From the human T2T-CHM13v2.0 reference genome, Homo sapiens, in NCBI RefSeq assembly GCF_009914755.1, contig NC_060930.1: a stretch of 64,000 nucleotides of DNA, one strand, 5' to 3'. The position numbers were made by a program, and so were the translations under genes. A model generated the notes under the pieces. It saw only the letters and a program-made list of their open reading frames with translations, ran no database searches and was not told the DNA's origin. Below, in pieces: positions 1 to 13,480 of the stretch (the stretch's first letter is position 1; the number at the start of each line of letters is the position of its first letter).

Positions 1-124
1 GTGATGTTGGCTGTAGGTTTGTCATAATGACTCTTATGATTTTAAAGTATGTTCCTTCAATACCTAGTTTATTGAGAGATTTTAACATGAAGGGATGTTA
101 AATATTATTGAAAGCCTTTTCTGC
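1..124 (-). mobile_element. 5'-truncated end of an L1 (older L1PA/L1PB type), ORF2 RT region; continues left of the window
   Basis: Reverse complement reads the L1 ORF2 AEKAF...[15 protein letters not shown] segment, then switches abruptly at 124/125 to a different ORF2 position of an older L1. Confidence 0.75.
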
Positions 125-3100
125 TTGATTTTTTGCCTATTTTAAAAATCAGATTATTTGTTTTCTTTTTATTAAATTGAATTCCTTATATATTTTGGAT
201 ACTAACTCTTTATCAGATGTATAGTTTGCAAATATTTTCTCCCATGCCGTTAGTTGTTTCATCACTCTATTGCTTTCTTTGCTTTACAGAAACTTTTTAT
301 TTTGATATAATGCCATTTATCTATTTTTGTTTTTGTTGCCTGTGCTTTTGAGGTCATCTTTAAAAAAGTCACTTCCCAGATCAGTGTCAAAGAGCTTTAC
401 CTCTATGTTTCCTCCCAGTAGGTTCATAGTTCCTAGTCTTACATTTAAGTCTTGAATCCATTTTAAGTTGATTTTTGTATATGGTGGGAGATAAGAGTCT
501 CTTATCTCTCTTTATTCTTTTTCATGTGGCTATCCAGTTTTCCCAACATCATTTATTAAAAATATTCCCCTATTTTCATTGTGTGTTCTTGGCACCTTTG
601 TGGGAAATGTATTTGCTGTAAATGCATGTATTTGTGGACCCTCTATTCTGTTCCATTGGTCTATATGTCTGTTTTTATACCAGTAGCATGTTATTTTGGT
701 TGCTAGAGCTTTGTAGTATATTTTGAAGTCAAGTAGTGTGATGCATCCAGACTTGTTCTTTGTGATAAAGATTATTTGGGCTATTAGAGGTCTTTTGTCA
801 TTCTACATGAATTTTAAAATTGTTTTTCTACTTCTGTAAAAATTCATTGGAATTTAACTTGGAATTACATTCAATCTGTAGATTACTTTGGGTAATATGA
901 ATAGTAACAGTATCATTCTTTCAATTCATGAAAACGGTATATTATTCTATTTATTTGTGTCTTGAACATTTCTTTCATTAGTGTTTTATAGTTTTCCATA
1001 TAGAGATCTTTTACCTCCTTAGTTAAATTTATTCCAAGGTATTTTTCGTAGCTATTGAAAATGGGATTTTTTTCTTTATTTCTTTCTCAGAAGTTTGCTA
1101 TTAGTGTCTAAAAATTCTATTGATTTTTGCATGTTGATTTTGTATACTCCATCTTTACTGAATTTGTTTATTAGATCTAACAGGTTTTTTTATTTTTTAA
1201 GCTGGACCCTCTAGGGTTTTCCACAAGATTATGTCATCTGCAAACATGTATAATTTAACTTCTTACTTTCCAATTTGTATGCCCTTTTCCTTTCTCTTGC
1301 CTAATTGCTCTGGCTAGGACTTCCAGTACTATCTTGAATAGAAGTGGTGAAAGTGGGCATCCCTGTCTTGTTCCAAATATTAGAGGAAAGCTTTCAGCTT
1401 TTCCCCATTCAGTATGATGATAGCACTGAAGTTGTTGTATATGGCCTTGCTGCATTGAGGTGCATTCCTACATACCTAATTTGCTGAGAAATATTTTTTT
1501 TTGTCATGAAGAGATATTGAGTTTTGTCAACTGCTTTTTCTACATCTATTTAAATAATCATATGCTTTTGTCCTTTCTTAATTTGAGGTATTATGTTCCT
1601 TGATTTGCAAATGTTGAACCATCTGTACAGCCCTGGGATGAATGCCACTTGACTATGGAAAATGACCTTTCTAATGTGCTATTTAATTTGTTTTGCTAGT
1701 ATTTTGTTAAAAATTTTTACATGTATGTTCATCAAGGATATTGGCCTTTAGTTATTTTTTTCTTTTGTATCCTCAACTGGTTTTGGTAACAGGGTAGTGT
1801 TGGCCTCCTAGAATGAGTTTGGAAGTATTTGCTTCTCTTCACTTTTTTGGAACAGTTTGAGAAGAATTGGTATCAGTTCTTTGAATGTTTGGTAGAACTC
1901 AGTAGTGCAGCCATCAGATCCTGAACTCTTCTTTGATGAAAGACTTTTTATTACTGATTTAGTTTTCTTAGTTATTTGTTCAGATTTTCCATTTCTTCAT
2001 AATTCAATCTTGGTAGATTTTATGTGTCCAGTAATGTATCCATTTCTTCTAGGTTATTCAATTCGTTGGCATGTAATTGTCATTACTAGTCTTTTATAAT
2101 CCTTTGTAGTTCTGTGGTAACAAATGTAATGTCTACTTTTTCATTTCTAATTATAGGTATTTGAATGTTTTTTCTTTTTCTTAGCTTAGCTAAAAGTTTG
2201 TTAATTTTGTTTATTTTTCAAAAAACAACTTTTTATTTGTTGATATTTTGTAGTTTTTTAGTCTCAATTTCATTTATTTCTGTTCCCTTCTTTACTTTTT
2301 CCCTCCTTCTAATAATTTGGGTTGAATTTGTCTTTGTTTTTCTAGTTCCTTGGGGTAATTAGAGATTATTTGTTTGAGATTTTTCTTCCCTTTTTTGATG
2401 TAAGCATTTATTACTATAAATATCCCATTTAGAACTGTTTCTGCTATATCCCTAGGTTTTGGTATGTTACATTTTAATTTGCATTTTTCTTAAGAAATTT
2501 TTAAATTTGTCTTTTAATTTCTTCATTGACTCATTGGTTATTTAGGAACATGTTGTTTCTTTTCCATGTATTTGTAATGTTTCTGAAGTTTTATCTGTTA
2601 TTGATTTCTGGTTTTATATTATGTGGTCAAAAAAGGTACCTGATATGGTTTCAGTGTTCTTAAATTTGTTAAGACTAGTTTTGTGGCCTAAGATATAGTC
2701 TACCCTGGAGAAGGTCCTGCAATTGTGGAAGAATATGTTTTTTTCTGCAGCTATTAGATGTAATGTTCTGTAAATGTCTGTTAGGTCCATTTGGTTGAGA
2801 ATGTGGTTTAAATCTGATGTGTCTTTGTTGATTTTCTGTCTGATGAGTCTGTCCTTTGCTGAGAATGGAGTGTTAAAGTACCCTACAATTATTGTATTGC
2901 AGTCTTGCTCTCCCTTTAGATCCACTAATATTTGCTTCAAATATTTGGGTGCCTCAATGTTGAGCATATATATATTTGCAATTGTTATATCTTCTTGCTG
3001 TATTGACCCTTTATCATTATTTAACAACCTTCTTTGTTTCATTTTATCATTTTTGACTTAAAGTCCATTTTATCTGATATAAGTATAGCTAATCCTGGTC

Positions 3101-5280
3101 TCTTTTGCTTCCCATTTGCATGGAACACTTTTTATATTAATTCACTTTCAGTGTGTGTGTCTTTGGTAGGCAGAATATATTTGAGCCTTGTTATTTTATC
3201 AGTTCAGCCACTTTGTGTCTTTTAATTGGACAATTTATTCCATTTGTATTTAAGGTCATTATTGATAGGTAAGGTCTTACTGCTGCCATTTTGTTAATTG
3301 TTTTCTAGTTGTTTTGTAGATGCTGTCTTTCTTTTTCCTCTCTTACTGTCTTCCTTAGTGGTTAAGTGATTTTCTCTAGTAATATTTTTTTATTCTTTGC
3401 TTTTTATTTTTAGTGTATCTATAATAGGCTTTTGCTTTATGGTTACCATAAGGCTTAAAAGAAAACTCTTACAAGTATAAGAGATTATTGTAAGCTGATA
3501 AAAACTTAACTTTAATTGCTAAAAAATCCCTACAAACCAAAAAACTACACTTTAACTCCACTCCCCCCCAAATTTTCAATTTTTGATGCTATAATTTCCA
3601 TCTTTTTATATTGCATATTCTTTAATAAATTATTGCAGTTATCATTTTTAATATTTTTATCTTTTAACCTTCATACTAAAGATACAAGTTATTTACACAC
3701 CACCATTACAGTATTAAAGTAATGTGAATTTGACTATGAACATATTTTATCAGTGAGCTTTATACTTCAGACGTTTTTATGTTACTCATTAGCATATTTT
3801 TCTTTCAACTTGAAGAATTCCCTTCATCATTTATAGTAGGATTGTTCTAGTGGTGATGAAGTTGCTTAGCTTGTGTTTGTCTGGGAAAGTTTTTAATCTC
3901 TTCTACATGTCTGAAGAACAGCTTTGCTGGGGAGAGTATTCTTGGTTAGCAGTTTTGTTGGCATTTTTTGTTAATTCGGCAATTTGAATATATCATCCCA
4001 CTCTTTCCTGATCTGTAAGGTCTCTGCTCAGAAGTCTGCTACTAGTTATATTGAGACTTCATTATATGTCATTTGCTTCTTTCTCTTGCTGATTTCAGGT
4101 TTCTCTATTTGTCTCTTTTCTTTGACAGTTTGATTATAATGTATCATAGGGTAGTGTTATTTGAATTTGATTAGACACATTTCACCTTCTTCTACCTGGA
4201 TATTCATATCTTTCTCTAGGTATGGAAAGTTATCTCTATTATTTGCTTAAATAAACTTCTGCCCCTTTATCATTTTCTACTCCCTCTTCGACAGCAATGA
4301 TTCATAAATTTGATCTTCTAATGCTGTTCCACAAACCCTGTTAGCCTTTCTATCATTTGTTTTTACTCTTTTTTCTCCTCTAACTGTATCTTTTCTAATA
4401 ACCTGTCTTCTAGTTCACAGATTCTTTCCTCTTCTTGATCAATTCTGCTACTGATGCTCCCTATTGCATTTTCCATTTTGTTTATTGTGTTTTTTTTTTG
4501 CTCCAGGATTTCTGTATAATTTCTAAAAATTATTTCAATCTTTCTGTTAAATTTCTCTGATAAATTTATGAATTGTTTTCTGTATTTTACTGGTGTTTGC
4601 TGAACTTTCTTAAAACAGCCACTTTAAAATTACTTGTCGGCTAGTTCATACACCTCCATTGATTTAGGGCCAATCACTGACACCTTATTTTTTCCATTTT
4701 CCATTTCCAAAACAAACTCAAGTTTGTTTTGAAGGAGCAGTGGGGTCCTGTCTAGTGTTGGGGCAGGCCTAGAGGCTCAGTCTGGGGTACCAACCTAGAG
4801 CCAGGGGCTGTGAGGATCTGCCTGGTGCTGTGTTTTACTGTGGCAGACCTAACATTGGGGTTTAAGGCAAAGTTCCATGCTTACTTCAGCCTTTCCCCCT
4901 CAAGAAGATGCTATTTCTGTCCATGCTGTGCTGCCTAGGTATAGGGAAGGGCTGATGTGGATAATTTAAACCTGGCCTTCCTACCGTCTTTAATTCATCT
5001 TTTCTTATTGTTATGCTTCAACCAGGTACTACAATCTCTCACTTGGTTTCTTTAGCTTTGGGGAAGGTGAGGGGTGACTAATGTAATGTAAAACTGTCCT
5101 TCCTATTCTCTGCAATGCATATTTTCTTATCATTATGCTATAATCAGGTACAATAATTTTTTACTAGTTTACTTAGCTCTTGTGAAGGTATTTTTGTATG
5201 TCGATAGTTGTTCAATTTAATGTTCCTGTGGGGAGATGATTACCGGATATTTCTATTCCACCATCTTGCTTCACCCCCCT
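125..5280 (-). mobile_element. Ancient near-full-length L1M (L1MA/L1MB-age): ORF2, inter-ORF spacer, ORF1, 5'UTR
   Basis: ORF 1255-1455 gives [16 protein letters not shown] (RT). ORF 2614-3042 gives KGSIQQEDITI...IIVGYFNTP...DLTDIYRTLH (endonuclease). 5' terminus ttctattccaccatcttgc (5251-5269) is the reverse complement of the L1 CAAGATGG start motif. Confidence 0.9.
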
Positions 5281-5501
5281 CTGATGTCTAGTTTTTGACT
5301 CATATTTACTATGTGGAAATCTCAAATTCTATGCACTATAAATTAGAGTTCTTTTATATCTTTCTCAATTGGTGAATAGTCACATTCATTTAATAATAAA
5401 ACACATTCTATTTTATGCATGCTTTCTCTGCGAACAAGGAGAAACTTTCCCGAGGGAGAGATAAAAGTAAAGGTAAAAAAGGTAGACAAAGCTCATTTTT
5501 T

Positions 5502-5669
5502 TTTTGCATTTATATTTCTTAAAAACACAAAAACTGAAATATGCAAAACATATTCCAAATCAACCAGAAATCTGAGGAAGTATTATTTTGCATTTATATT
5601 TCTTAAAAACACAAAAACTGAAATATGCAAAACATATTCCAAATCAACCAGAAATCTGAGGAAGTATTA
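5502..5669. repeat. Perfect 84-bp tandem duplication (2 copies)
   Basis: 5502-5585 is identical to 5586-5669; also visible as a repeated 28-aa block in ORF 5419-5670. Confidence 0.97.
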
Positions 5670-6879
5670 ATAGAACACGATTTCATTTAGAACAAAATCT
5701 TGAATTGTGAACTTTTAAAAAAAAATTACAAAACTATTTTTAATGAAGCCAATGAAATGTAGATTTATACAAATCCATTATATAAAAAAAGTCTTATTTT
5801 AATTCATTTTGATTGTAATGTTTTTAGGATTCAATTGACTTGGTAGGAAATTTTGAACTTAGATTATTTTTAACTGTAAACACTGATGTTTCTTAAAAAA
5901 AGACTATTTTCCTTGGAGCAAAATAAAATTTGGCTTTGTTGTTAACTGTTTATTAATTTTGGGGTAGAAGAATTGTTATAAATTTAGAATTTAATTCCTC
6001 AAAGCTATCCATATTTTAGGAATAATCTCACAATAGATATTATCCTTATATACAAATGAATGAAATAAAATAGATATAAGTTTATGTGAGAACTTAATAA
6101 GTTCAGTGACTATCAGTTCTAACTAAGATAACTTTTAGGGATAATTTGAGATATTGAAACATATCCTAAACAAAGAATGAGAACTCTGAATGCCAATTCT
6201 AGTTCTTATGCTAATTTACTATATTTTATGACAAGTAAGTTTTTTTCCAATGAACTGGAAATCTTCATCTACAAAATAAGGGAATAAGACATCTTAACTT
6301 GCTATATTTATACTTAAAACTGAGGCCCTCAGTGAGCAATAGTATATAAAGAGTCATAATCAAGTCCTAATTAATCCACTATTATACTTACAGCTTATAT
6401 TCAAATAGAGGAAAAAATAAAATAATCTAGTCCAAGAATCTTATCATACATTATACTTCTTGAGAATTGTATGAATGGTTATTTTTATTTCCCTTCACTC
6501 TTGACTTTCTGATCCAATTGGATCTTGTAGCTCTGATCAGTTCTGAATTCCACATTGTAACAAATAAAAAGAGCACAAGAAAGAATATTCTTGATTTTAG
6601 AAAACTTTCTCTCACACTATCCTTTTTGGATTGTTTAATATACTATCTCATCTATTCTTCCTCCTACCTGGGTTTCTTTATAAACTTTTAAAATTAATAT
6701 TATAAGTTTTTGTGTAAAAATGTTTTAAAGAAAATTGGAACATTTATAACTATAAATATAGATACTATAACTAAATATAACTAAAATTAACAAAAAAAGT
6801 AAACATTACTTAAGACACCTGTATGAGTCAATGGGATATTAAGAGTCACAGCTGAATTAATATAAAATAATTGATATAG

Positions 6880-6956
6880 CCATTTCACAATGTATACATA
6901 TATCAAAACGTCATGCTATATGCCATATATATATACACAATTTTTGTCAATTAAAA
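6880..6956 (+). mobile_element. Short L1MA-type 3' terminal fragment
   Basis: catttcacaatgtatacatatatcaaaac...tttttgtcaattaaaa matches the L1MA 3' terminus. Confidence 0.6.
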
Positions 6957-9629
6957 GTTGATTGTATTACTATGCTTTATAGCATTATATATCTTATATA
7001 TTATTTTGTATTTGCCAAATATTTAAAACAGTATTTTAATACCTAAAAGTGTATTGAAGAAAGAAGAAAAAAAAACTAAAAGAAAATCTTGAAAACAGGA
7101 AACCTCATCTGTGTCAAATGTTGAAGCTTTTGGAAATGGGAAATAAATATTTCTAAAATTCTGGAGACCATTGTCTGCAGTCTCCAATAGCTTCTTTTTT
7201 TAATTAAAAGATAAGATAAACAAAACAGTAAGCTAAAAAATATAAAAGTACTAAGGCAGTGCATTAGAGTAAAACTAAACAAGCTTTAAATAATTGGAAC
7301 CTTGAATTTGTTGCACATTACCCAGTATATAAAGTGATTGAAATAAATCATTCAGCAAAAAGCATGTCCTTCATTTTAAATTAATCCAAATCACGATTAG
7401 CATTAGTTATTATGAATGCTGAATAAGAGATGAAATATTGTAGAGTTACATTTTTTATTGTCAATTTTCTCTATTAAGCAGAATAAACCAGAAACATCAT
7501 CTATGAGTGTACCTTTGTCAAATATTTACAATTTTAACAAATGCATGTAGTTTTCCTTACATTTCTGTCAGAGAAATCATGTTCACTTCACTGGGAAATT
7601 TGCCTTTTTCCAATTCAAAGCTCTAGGCATGACAGCTTAGCAAGATTATCCTATAATTACAGAAATTACTGACAACACCCCATTGTGCCAAAATCTGTTG
7701 TCTATGTTCAGATTCTAAATTTCAGAAGTGCAGCCATTTATTCAACGCTGCAGCTGTTTAAACCATGAAGCAACCATTTAAACCTTGAAGCAGATCATTT
7801 TGATCATTTTGACATTATCTAGAGTTCTTCCCAACTGCACCCAACTGGTATGTCTTTATATGTTCCTCCATCATCTGCTTTTTGGATCATTGTCTTTAGC
7901 AACCTGTAAACGATACCTTATTACTTCACAATAAGTGGATTTGCCTATACTCCATATTGGGGTGGTTAGGCCAGGTAGACATGCTCTAATGAAAATCTCA
8001 AATCAGTAGGAGCCAATGAAATCACAGTATAAGGAGAGTTGAATAATTGAGTAACTGCAAAAAAGTCAAAAATGATTGTTTTTACTGAAATAGTCAAGTT
8101 TAACTGTTTGTTTGACTTTATCATAATAGGATCATTGCAAGAGTAATTATGGCTTCGGATAATCCTTTGATGTATAATTTAGAAATTCAGATATTTGAAT
8201 TTTTGTTTTAAAATTTTAGTCTTTTCATATTGTATTATGTAACTATATTAATTTAATTCCAGATTAAATTAAGGTGAATAATTTTATTTTTATTTGAACA
8301 CACCCAGAAAGTATATTTTTAGTGTGAAATGTCAAAGTTTTTTTTTTTTTCCTATTTCCTGCTTGAAAATAGTTTGCAGGTTTGGTTGACATTTGATATA
8401 AAGTAATTTCTATAGTTTGAGGCACAAGTGAACTTCAATTTTAACTTGTAATGATTATACATGTTTATGAAAAATGATGTGAAATGTAGAACTGCAATCA
8501 TTGTCTGCATTTTCCAGTCTTTGGCAGGCATAAATGCCTTTTTATTTAGAGGATTTTCCATGCCTTTGGGTCACTTAGATTCCAAATAATGTAAACTGGT
8601 ATATTTTTATTTGGTTACATCAGTAGCCCAAAGGCAGTGACTATGAGACTATGAGCTTTATTCAAAATATCATATTTTGCATGAGCTTTGCCTACAGATT
8701 CTTGGAACAAAATGGTAACATATCATGAATAGAGGAATAAACCATTCTGGAAGAATGGTCTGGCTTAGGGCTGACACACTCAAGGAAGAATGGGAAAAGG
8801 GCAAAGTTACGGTATTTAAGATCACAATGCAATCTCAGGCTGATCAGTGGTAGTTAAATTGTTAAAAGGCACAATCCAGTTTGTGGGTGCTTAGCAGCAA
8901 ATGAAGTACTTCTAATTAGGCTGGTAGTTCTGTCTTGGATTCAAAAGGAGCTCAAGAAGTTTGAAATAAAACCTCAGTCATTAGCCAAAAAGGACTGGGA
9001 CAGGACCCATCTCCTAAAAGAGAAGATGTTTGCAAGTTTTAAGGATTCTAGCCAAACTGGTTGCAGTTTAAGGGGTTGGTATCAGAGGTCTACTGGAACA
9101 CAAACTAGAAAGTGAGGCAAAGCTCAAATATATAGAACTGCAGAAAAAAATACTGGGTTTTAGAAAGACAGCTATGGAGAATCCAGCTAACTTTAGATCC
9201 CTCTTGTTACCCAGGAGAAAATCTGTCAATGTGATTCTCATGGGTTTGGTGGTAGAAGGGCCTGGAGCCTCCAATTGAGAGTCTTCAGTTACTAGTGATG
9301 AATAAGCAGAAAAGGAATCACATGAGGACTCTAGAATAAATATTTTCAACTCAGTCAACCAACTGGTTTTACAAATTTTCTTTGCATTAGTTTGATTAAT
9401 TGGCTGAATTAATCCTTTAGAATAGTTTGAGGACAGTCTGAAGTACATGATATTTTCTTCTTCAACATGATCTTGAATGCTAAACCTTTTTTCATTTAAA
9501 GTTTTACTATGTAGTAGAGTCTGCTTGATGTTAAGCAGATTTTTAAATATTTGGGTATGCCAAAACTAATTATTCAATTTAGTGAAAATATTGTAAAACA
9601 TTCAGTTTTGTGAAGAAAAATTTTTGGAA

Positions 9630-10892
9630 CGAGGTTGGTGCAAAATAATTGCAGTTTTTGAGTTATTGAAATTTGCTGTTTGATATTGGAATATATTCTT
9701 AAATAAATGTGGTTATGTTATACACCATTTTAATGCACATTTCTTGCTGTCTGTTTTTTTCGCTAATGACTTACTACTTGCAGTTTAATTTATTTTAGAC
9801 TATGGAAGTGATGTTAGACAAAAAGCAAATTTGAGCAATTTTCTTATCTGAGTTCAAAATGGGTTGTAAAGCAGCAGAGACAACTCACAACATCAACAAT
9901 GCATTTGGTCCAGGAACTGCTAATGAATGTACAGAGCAGCGGTGGTTCAAGAAGTTTTGCAAATGAGATGAAAGACTTGAAGATGAGGAGCATAGTAGCC
10001 AGCCATCAGAAATTGACAACAACCGATTGAGAAAAATCATCAAAGCTGATCCTGTTACAACTACCTGATAAATTGCCAAATAACTCAAAATCAACTATTC
10101 TACCATCTTTCGGCATTTGAAGCTAACTGGAAGGGTGAAAAAGCTCTATAAGTGGGTGTCTCATGAGCTGGGGAAAAATCGTCTTTTCAAAGGGTCGTCT
10201 TTTCATTTTATGCAACAACAATGAACAATTTCTCAATCAGATTGTGATGTGTAATGAAAAGTGGATTTTATATGACAACTGGCAGTGATTGGCTCAGACA
10301 CTGGATTCAGAAGAAGCTCCAAAGCACTTCCCAAAGCCAAACTTGCACCCAAAAAAGATCATGGTCATTGATTGGTGGTTTGCTGCTGGTCTGATACACT
10401 ACAGCTTTCTGAATCCAGGTGAAACCATTACATCTGAGAAGTACACTCAGCAAATCGATGAGATGCACCAAAAACTGCAATGTCTGCAGCCGGCATTGAT
10501 CAGCAGAAAGGGCCCAGTTCTTCTCCAGGACAATGCCCAACCACATGTTGCACGACCAATGCTTCAAAAGTTGAATGAATCTGGCTGAGAAGTTTTGCCT
10601 CATCTGCCACATTCACCTGACCTCTAGCCAACTGACTACCACTTCTTCAGGCATCTCCACAGCATTTTGCAGGGAAAACGCTTCCACAACTAGCAGGATA
10701 CAGAAAATGCTTTCTAAGAGTTTGTTAAATCCTGAAGCACAGATTTTTATGCTACAGGAATAAACATTTCTTATTGGCAAAAATTGTTGATTTTAATGGT
10801 TCCTATTTTGATTAATAAAGATGTGTTTGAGCCTAGCTATAATAATTTAAAATTCACGGTCTGAAACCACAATTACTTTTGCACCAACCTAA
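9630..10892 (+). mobile_element. Full-length Hsmar1 (mariner) DNA transposon
   Basis: Terminal inverted repeats aggttggtgcaaaataattgcag (left) and ccacaattacttttgcaccaacctaa (right); about 1.26 kb; internal transposase homology. Flanking TA duplications are not preserved. Confidence 0.97.
9802..10815 (+). pseudogene. Hsmar1 transposase pseudogene (family domesticated in SETMAR)
   Basis: Starts MEVMLDKKQI; WVSHEL (mariner WVPHEL motif); ORF 10289-10588 EEAPKHFPKPNLH...LLQDNAQPH; HSPDL; ends GSYFD*. Multiple stops and frameshifts. Confidence 0.95.
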
Positions 10893-10899
10893 AAGTATA

Positions 10900-11400
10900 A
10901 AATACATTGAGGAAAGTGGCACTTCATCAGTATATAGCTAATGAATGTTCACAAACTGAACATGCCCTGATCAAGAAACAGAATATTACAGCTTCCCAAA
11001 AGGCAACTTCTAGTTACTAACTCCAAAGGACTAACTACTCTCCTGATAATAAATAAGATCTGTGTGCTTTGAACTTTATATGAAGTGAATCATATAGATA
11101 TTCTTTTGTGTCTGGTTTTTTTTTTTGCTTAATATTATGCTTGAGAGATTCCACAATGTTGCCTTAGTCATAGATCATTTATTACTAATTGTATACAGTG
11201 TTCTATTACATAACCATATTAAAATTTTTCACCCCAACTGTTAGTAAGAATTTAGGTAGTTTTCTGCATGGATGCTATTATTTGTATTGCTGCTCTAAAT
11301 ATTCTAGTACATCTTTTGGTAAACCCATATACAGATTTCTGTGGATACTTTAAGTGGACTGCAGGGTCATGTATCAGTAAAACTTTTTAATGTGTCATCT
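10900..11400 (-). mobile_element. Old L1ME-type 3' end fragment
   Basis: Diverged match to L1ME 3'UTR (gaactttatatgaagtgaatcata...ttttgtgtctgg...aatattatgcttgagagattc). Confidence 0.6.
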
Positions 11401-11959
11401 GAAGTTTGGAATTTTTATCAGTTAGCCAATCCCAAAGATTTCCTATTATCACAGATATGTCACAGGTCTATTTTGTCCTTGCTGTGCATTATTTCCTTTG
11501 GCTTACTTTTTGCCAAAGTTTGTATGCATAGCGGTTTAATTATGTGCCTCCTTTCTTTGATATGTGTATATCTATCTGTCTATTTATCTATCTATCTAGA
11601 TATGTAATTCCCTTGATATTAGGCTTGAAGTATAACTACTGGAATTTTAGTAAACAGATAAAGAACACAACAGTCTATTTTGTAGTTTTTAAAACTTATG
11701 CATTGGTCTGCTTAGTTTTTAGGCTTTTGCCAACAAATAATAGAGAAGAAATATTTATGTAACCTAATGTAAAATGGTTCACCATTTTAAAAGTTGACCA
11801 TGTTAAAAGATGACATTTCCAAACAAGTAGATAAATGGGTATTAATTCACATAAAACATCATTTTGTTTATAAGAGGATCAAGCTCAAACTTTTAATTTT
11901 TGAGTTCCCCAGTGAACTTAAAATATAATTCTCATTTTATATAGGAGACTGGAAAGAAT

Positions 11960-12187
11960 ATTTATTGAAAACCTACTGTCCTCCAGACACTGTGCCAGCT
12001 ACTTTCAAATAAATTTTCTTATTCAGTCCTCATAAAGTACACTGAAATTCTACTTACTGTCCCATTTTTCAGATGTGAGAACCTTAGCTTTGTTAAGTAA
12101 CTTGCTGAAGGCTATGCAGCAATTAATGAAGTGGATATTGAATCCAAACTGGACCTGTGGGAATACAAAGCCTATGCTCTTTTTCAC
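11960..12187 (-). mobile_element. MIR SINE
   Basis: tttattgaaaacctactgt...cccatttttcagatgtgagaac...aagtaacttgctgaagg, the MIR core. Confidence 0.8.
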
Positions 12188-12894
12188 ATAATGTTTTATA
12201 TCTAGCTTTCTAAGATTCTGTTTATTATATAACATAATGGAGTAGATGGATGAATGCCTATCTATAGAAAAATGTTTTTATAAATAAAATTGTGTCCCTA
12301 AATGAGTAGCATGATTAAAATATTTGACTGAGGACATGAAAACAGAATTTGATGATTTAATTACATATTTTATTATTTCAGTAGAACATAGGGAGGTTGT
12401 ATTTTAAGTGTCCAACATTTTGGAGCTGAAAAACTTTTTGCCTTAGTGTCTGCCCCACTCTTGACCATTTCACATTCCATTCCTGTGACCGACTAATGTG
12501 CATGACTATGACGAACACTTGGCAGCCTCACTGGGAGGGGCCTGTCAGTGTGAGGATTCAACTTGTCATTAAACTGGGGCCTGGAGCCAAGGACTGAGTG
12601 CATTCTGAAGACACTGCTCCAAGCTTCACCACCCTATTGGCCAAGGAACAAGTGGAAATTGTACTTGTGAATTTATCATAAATTATTTTTTTTAAATGGA
12701 GCATTTTAAATGAGACAAAGAAAATGCATTCCCTCTGTAATGGAATCCCACCCTATTGCAATCTGAATTTGACTTGATAAATAATGGGACAGGCTACTGA
12801 AGGAGATTACAAATTGTGTCTCTCATGGGGTTCTTAAGGAGAGAATAACCATCCATCCAGGATGAGTCCAAGGTGTCTATGAATCTGAGAAGCC

Positions 12895-13025
12895 CAGGGT
12901 GTTGAAAAGAGCATTTTGCTAAAAGTAAGGAGAAGTAGTCTTTGGTTCTCAGCTTTCCAGTAACCCTTATTGTGACCTTAAGCAAGTTGATTGAATTCTG
13001 AGTCCTCATTTCACAATGTTGTGAT
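12895..13025 (+). mobile_element. MIR SINE fragment
   Basis: gaaaagagca...tgtgaccttaagcaagtt...ctgagtcctcatttc. Confidence 0.6.
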
Positions 13026-13114
13026 ACTGCCATAGAGTGGAGCCCTTATCGTCTTCCAGCCCTATATATAAAAAATCAACTCTCCCTAAATTAGGATGAG
13101 AAGGTTGGACTAAA

Positions 13115-13375
13115 ATGCATTCTGTAGCAAATTAGCTACATGGGCGATAAATAACAACTCTGTTACGGAAGTGTTTTGTCATATACTGGGGGAAAGTGAG
13201 CTGAACAAAATTTAGCATTTTTTTAAAAAAACAGTTAAGAGTTCTAGAAGCCTTGAACGTGTAAGAGATCCGTGTGTTTTTCAGGAGTGAAGAGGTATTC
13301 ACTGTTTCTCAAACACACTTAACTGTGAACCCTGTTTTCTGCAACATATAATAGATCTGTTATTCTATGAAACAG
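13115..13375. mobile_element. MER103C-like hAT-Charlie element
   Basis: Diverged similarity to the remembered MER103C consensus (gggaaa..gctgaacaaa...agaagccttgaa...tgtttctcaaac...gaaccctgtttt). Confidence 0.5.
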
Positions 13376-13480
13376 CTTAATAGTCACAAATTTGAGCTAT
13401 TAAACGTCCGACCTTGAAAATTCAGTGTGCCTGTTTTTATAAATATGTTTCTTTTCATACCTATCAAGGGAAACATGACA

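Noticed and set aside
5419-5670. 83-aa ORF with an internal repeat
   Set aside because: By-product of the 84-bp DNA duplication in AT-rich sequence; no coding evidence.
9802-10815. SETMAR gene or an active transposase
   Set aside because: No SET-domain exons, both TIRs present, many stops and frameshifts.
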